The translations under genes and the position numbers were made by a program. Below, piece by piece: positions 60,970-64,000 of a stretch of DNA of 64,000 nt (the stretch's first letter is position 1; every line of letters starts with the position of its first letter). The DNA lies in NCBI GenBank assembly GCA_016204385.1, contig JACQKW010000013.1, forward strand, positions 12,507-76,506, read 5' to 3'. The notes below the pieces were generated by a model, which was not told the DNA's origin, did not search any database, and saw only the letters and a program-made list of their open reading frames with translations. This stretch comes from Candidatus Liptonbacteria bacterium (GTDB lineage: Bacteria; Patescibacteriota; Minisyncoccia; UBA6257; 2-01-FULL-56-20).

Positions 60970-61041
60970 TGCGCGTTGCAGGGATCGAACCTGCCACCTC
61001 TCCGATGTGAACGGAGCGCTCTGCCACTGAGCTAAACGCGC
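60970..61041 (-). tRNA. tRNA-Val (anticodon CAC)
   Basis: GCGCGTT-TA-GCTC-AGTGGCA-GAGC-G-CTCCG-TTCACAT-CGGAG-AGGTG-GCAGG-TTCGATC-CCTGC-AACGCGC-A. Confidence 0.9.
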
Positions 61042-61307
61042 ATTCTTATTTTTCTCTCTTTGATAATCTTCTCAAGATAATCTCTTCTTTTCAACTTCTT
61101 GAGCTTTTTTTCAACGCTACGTGCCACTTCAATAGTCGAAAACTCTTGAGAGAATACGAGACGAAGCTCACCAAACCGCTTCGTTGACCAAGTAAAACCG
61201 CCTCTGTGGTGCCTAAATCGCGAACGCAAGTCCGTAGTGCTACCAACATACAATCTCTTGTCTCGCAAACTTTCCAAGATATAAACGTACCCGGTCATAT
61301 ATAGCAT
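61032..61307 (-). CDS. stand-alone GIY-YIG nuclease-domain protein (~90 aa)
   Basis: GYVYILESLRDKRLYVGSTTDLRSRFRHHRGG...E. Its stop overlaps the first 10 nt of tRNA-Val. The ORF-track extension to 61415 is hairpin DNA. Confidence 0.75.
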   Translation of the reverse strand: MLYMTGYVYILESLRDKRLYVGSTTDLRSRFRHHRGGFTWSTKRFGELRLVFSQEFSTIEVARSVEKKLKKLKRRDYLEKIIKERKIRMRV

Positions 61308-61321
61308 TTCAACCGACTGAG

Positions 61322-61365
61322 CCCCGACGAGCTCTGCTGTCGGGGCCCCGACGGTAACGTCGGGA
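61322..61365. repeat. two tandem CCGAC/GTCGG hairpins
   Basis: ccccgac-gagctctgct-gtcgggg (61322-61345) and ccccgacg-gtaa-cgtcggga (61346-61365). Same family as 60848-60867, 60868-60895 and 60938-60957. Confidence 0.8.
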
Positions 61366-61394
61366 CTACACGCGCTCAACTTCACCATCGTAAA

Positions 61395-61426
61395 CAAAAA
61401 AGCGCTTTTCTGCAAAGCGCTTTTTT
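61395..61426 (-). terminator. bidirectional intrinsic terminator after rplL
   Basis: aaaaaagcgcttt-tctgc-aaagcgctttttt. Confidence 0.8.
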
Positions 61427-61430
61427 GAAT

Positions 61431-61802
61431 CTATTGCAGTTCCACCTTTGCTCCCGCGGCTTCGAGCTTCTTTTTCATCGCCTCCGCTTCTTCTTTCTTT
61501 ACGCCTTCCTTTACCGTCTTCGGCGCGCCGTCCACGAGATCCTTTGCCTCTTTGAGGCCCAAAGTTATCACTTCGCGGATTGCTTTGATCACCTCGAGCT
61601 TTTTGTCGCCGGATGTCTTCAGGACCACCGTAAATTCGGTTTTCTCCTCAACGGCCGCTCCTCCCGCGCCTGCGCCTGCGGCAACCGGCGCCGCGGCGGA
61701 GATGCCGAATTTTTCCTCAAGCGCTTTTACAAGCTCGGAGAGGTCCTTTGCGGAAAGCGCTTCGATCTTCAAAATAAGATCTGAAAATTTTGCGTCTGAC
61801 AT
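61431..61802 (-). CDS. rplL: 50S ribosomal protein L7/L12
   Basis: ...[52 protein letters not shown]. Confidence 0.95.
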   Translation of the reverse strand: MSDAKFSDLILKIEALSAKDLSELVKALEEKFGISAAAPVAAGAGAGGAAVEEKTEFTVVLKTSGDKKLEVIKAIREVITLGLKEAKDLVDGAPKTVKEGVKKEEAEAMKKKLEAAGAKVELQ

Positions 61803-61810
61803 AGTTCTTG

Positions 61811-62362
61811 TTATTTATTTTGTTCGACCGTTTGATTCCCGACCGTCCCTGCATCGCCGCGCGATTGCGGAGCGGGTTGGTTACTCTTTTCCTTGAGGAC
61901 ATAAAGGAACGAGCGGATGGGCGCGGCGAGCATCCCCAGGAGCTGTGCCAGGAGCACTTCGCGCGGGGGCAGACTGCCGACCGCGATCACTTCCTCGGCG
62001 GAGAGGTAAATGTTCCCCTTGAGGTCATAGCCGCCCAAGATTTTTTCTTTCTCAATCCCCAGCTCTTTCATCGTGCGGTACACCACTCCCGCCCCCTGCT
62101 CGATGTCCGGCGCAAATACCGTCCCAAGGGACACTTTGTGCTCTCCGGCGTTAAATTCCATTCCCTTTTCCTTGAGAAGGACTCCTAAAAGGCGCTTCTT
62201 GATGACCATAAACCGCGCGCTTACATTCCGCGCCGCTTGCCGGATCCGCCGGAGCTGTTCGGACGAAACTCTCGTAAAATCCGTGAAGATCAAAAATGAA
62301 CTCTTCTCAAGAAGCTCTTTCCCTTTTTTTAGTTCTTCCTGTTTTTGCGCTTTTGTTTTCAT
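61811..62362 (-). CDS. rplJ: 50S ribosomal protein L10
   Basis: Position directly upstream of rpl[38 protein letters not shown] matches the L10 pattern. Confidence 0.88.
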   Translation of the reverse strand: MKTKAQKQEELKKGKELLEKSSFLIFTDFTRVSSEQLRRIRQAARNVSARFMVIKKRLLGVLLKEKGMEFNAGEHKVSLGTVFAPDIEQGAGVVYRTMKELGIEKEKILGGYDLKGNIYLSAEEVIAVGSLPPREVLLAQLLGMLAAPIRSFLYVLKEKSNQPAPQSRGDAGTVGNQTVEQNK

Positions 62363-62367
62363 GCTAA

Positions 62368-62487
62368 GCGTGATGCAAATCTACAAATTTTATGCCAATA
62401 ATGCCTGCCCGACTTTGCCTGAGGCAAGCTCAGGCGGGCGGGCAAATTGCGAATACGGATTAGTGATCATTAGATTGGCATTATCAT
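62368..62487. repeat. repeat element A copy 2, with element B (62400..62454) nested inside
   Basis: gatgcaaatctacaaattttatgccaata[B]cggattagtgatcattagattggcattatcatc. The B core is gcctgcccgactttgcctgaggcaagctcaggcgggcgggc. Confidence 0.8.
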
Positions 62488-62661
62488 CAACAAAAAACGG
62501 CCCTTCCAAAGACCGTTCAGCTAACTCTTAGCCCATTAGCTATTCGCCATAAGCTATCTGCCAGCTTCCTCGGCGGGGTTTGCGCAGTGCTTCGATCCAC
62601 AAAAAAACTGCAACCCGCGGTCTTCGGAATTGGCTTTAGTATACCTCCTGCCCTGCTCTTG

Positions 62662-63975
62662 TCAAGTTCCGTCGTAATGCCCTTCAAACAGCGTACGGGC
62701 GAGTTTTGCATATCTGCCGCCCGACCGCGCATGCACAAACACATTCGTCCGTTTATCATAGCGGTACTCACCCCGCCACGTTCTGAAATGCTCTGCCACG
62801 CTCCGAACGGATTCAATGATATACCTGACCTCGCGGTCCGTCATTGTGGGATGAACCGAGATCCGAATGAATCCCGGCTTGAGCGACCAGTCCCCCCGGT
62901 CAAGCCTGTCGGTTATTGTTTTCGATTTCTTCATCGAAATGTGGAACAGATAATGTCCGTAGGTCCCCGCACATGCGCAGCCGCTTCTTGTCTGCACGCC
63001 AAAGCGATCGTTTAGCAATGCGGTGCCAAGATTATAATGCAGTCCGTCTATGCAAAACGAAAAAATTCCGAGGCGATCTCGAACGTCGCCCGCGAGTATC
63101 GTAAGGCCGGGGATGCGCCGAAGGCCGCGAAAGAGCATTCCGACCAATTCTTTCTCGCGCGCCATAAGATGCCCTATTCCCATTTCTTCTTTTAATCGAA
63201 CAGAGAGGGCAGCTTTGATCGTGCCCAAAAACGGCGGCGTTCCCCCGTCTTCTCTCTGTTCAATATCGGAAAAATAGCGCTGTCTTCCCCACGGATTGGT
63301 CCATACGACGGTTCCCCCTCCCGGCTGATCCGGAATTCTGTTCTGATAGAGCCGAGAGTCGAATATGAGGATACCCGGGGTGCCCGGGCCGCCGAGAAAT
63401 TTATGCGGAGAAAAATAAATCGCGTCGAGTTTCTCCGCGGAATCCTTTGGATGCATATGTATGTCCACGTACGGCGCGGATGCCGCAAAATCCACAAAGC
63501 ACAATCCGTTATTCGCGTGCATCACCTTCGCGATTTTGTGGTAGCGCGTGCAGATGCCCGTTACGTTCGAGCACGCGGAGACCGCCGCAATTTTCGTTTC
63601 GCGGTTCTTGTATCGCGCGAGAAGCGCTTGTAAATGATCGAGGTCAACGTATCCCTCCCTGTCGGGACGTATACATTCGACGTCCGCGATTGATTCAATC
63701 CACGTGGTATGGTTCGAATGATGTTCGAGATGCGTCACAAATACGACCGGCTTTTTTCGACCACGAAGCTTCATTCCGCGGCGGTATTGCTCCGGCACGC
63801 GGAGCCCCAAGATCCGCTGAAATTTGCATACCGCGCCCGTCATTCCGGAACCAGTCGCAAGCAACACATCTCTCGGGCCGGCGCGTACATGACGTTTGAT
63901 GATTTCCTTCGCCTCACGGTATGCCTCCGTCATCACGCTCCCCGTCACGGTCTCCTCGGTATGCGTACTCCCCAC
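62662..63975 (-). CDS. class V aminotransferase / cysteine desulfurase-family PLP enzyme
   Basis: ATGSGMTGA, HHSNHTTW, and the PLP lysine in FSPHKFLGGPGTPGILIF. The true N-terminus may lie beyond the window edge. Confidence 0.8.
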   Translation of the reverse strand: MGSTHTEETVTGSVMTEAYREAKEIIKRHVRAGPRDVLLATGSGMTGAVCKFQRILGLRVPEQYRRGMKLRGRKKPVVFVTHLEHHSNHTTWIESIADVECIRPDREGYVDLDHLQALLARYKNRETKIAAVSACSNVTGICTRYHKIAKVMHANNGLCFVDFAASAPYVDIHMHPKDSAEKLDAIYFSPHKFLGGPGTPGILIFDSRLYQNRIPDQPGGGTVVWTNPWGRQRYFSDIEQREDGGTPPFLGTIKAALSVRLKEEMGIGHLMAREKELVGMLFRGLRRIPGLTILAGDVRDRLGIFSFCIDGLHYNLGTALLNDRFGVQTRSGCACAGTYGHYLFHISMKKSKTITDRLDRGDWSLKPGFIRISVHPTMTDREVRYIIESVRSVAEHFRTWRGEYRYDKRTNVFVHARSGGRYAKLARTLFEGHYDGT

Positions 63976-64000
63976 CAGGGGGCCAAATTGCTCAATTATC

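Noticed and set aside
61308-61415. N-terminal extension of ORF 61032..61415
   Set aside because: The extension is encoded by the CCGAC/GTCGG hairpins and a tRNA 5' fragment. The GIY-YIG domain begins at MTGYVYIL (61298) or MLYM (61307).
1-64000. Integrase, transposase, reverse transcriptase, Cas or toxin-antitoxin pairs that could explain the repeat families or the island
   Set aside because: No ORF in the six-frame track shows the corresponding motifs (no R..H..R..Y, DDE, YxDD or HEPN Rx4-6H partner for the minimal nucleotidyltransferase at 32550..32882).

Overview
Bacterial chromosomal window, about 52-55% GC except for a ~6-kb AT-rich island at about 49.9-55.9 kb. About 70 of ~75 protein genes lie on the minus strand. 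The gene content (many small secreted or membrane hypotheticals, a UvrC without the C-terminal HhH domain, one giant secreted protein) suggests a CPR/Patescibacteria-like organism; this is inference only.

Recognisable content:
- A partial ECF-type sigma factor at the left edge.
- uvrC, uvrA and uvrB as three separate loci, plus two HhH-GPD glycosylases (nth and a mutY-like gene).
- pepA, thpR, an RRM RNA-binding protein, and an ArsR + multicopper oxidase module.
- secA, hpf, murB, tpiA.
- A dcw cluster: mraZ-rsmH-ftsL-ftsI-murF.
- cfa, rplJ-rplL, and a class V aminotransferase.
- Two intact tRNAs: Glu-CUC and Val-CAC.

No rRNA, CRISPR array, integrase or transposase was found.

Observations most worth a second look:
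1. A complete LexA (wHTH, Ala-Gly cleavage site, Ser/Lys S24 dyad) is fused in one ORF to a CcrM/HinfI-like methyltransferase. It sits next to a putative PD-(D/E)xK nuclease inside the AT-rich island.
2. Both tRNA loci are abnormal. One tRNA gene is split by an inverted-repeat-bounded insert whose cargo is an intact tRNA-Glu. The tRNA-Val locus holds a GIY-YIG gene wedged between a 5' tRNA-Val fragment and the intact gene. It also holds a second Val-like copy carrying CCGAC/GTCGG hairpins at D-stem position 10/11 and at anticodon-loop position 37/38.
3. Short palindromic or tandem repeat families occur both in intergenic DNA and in frame inside housekeeping genes (uvrC, uvrB, tpiA, the nth 3' end), as with Rickettsia RPEs.
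4. The window also contains several orphan structured non-coding regions and one promoter-to-terminator sRNA candidate.

All calls rest on reading the sequence and on remembered family motifs. No database search was run.
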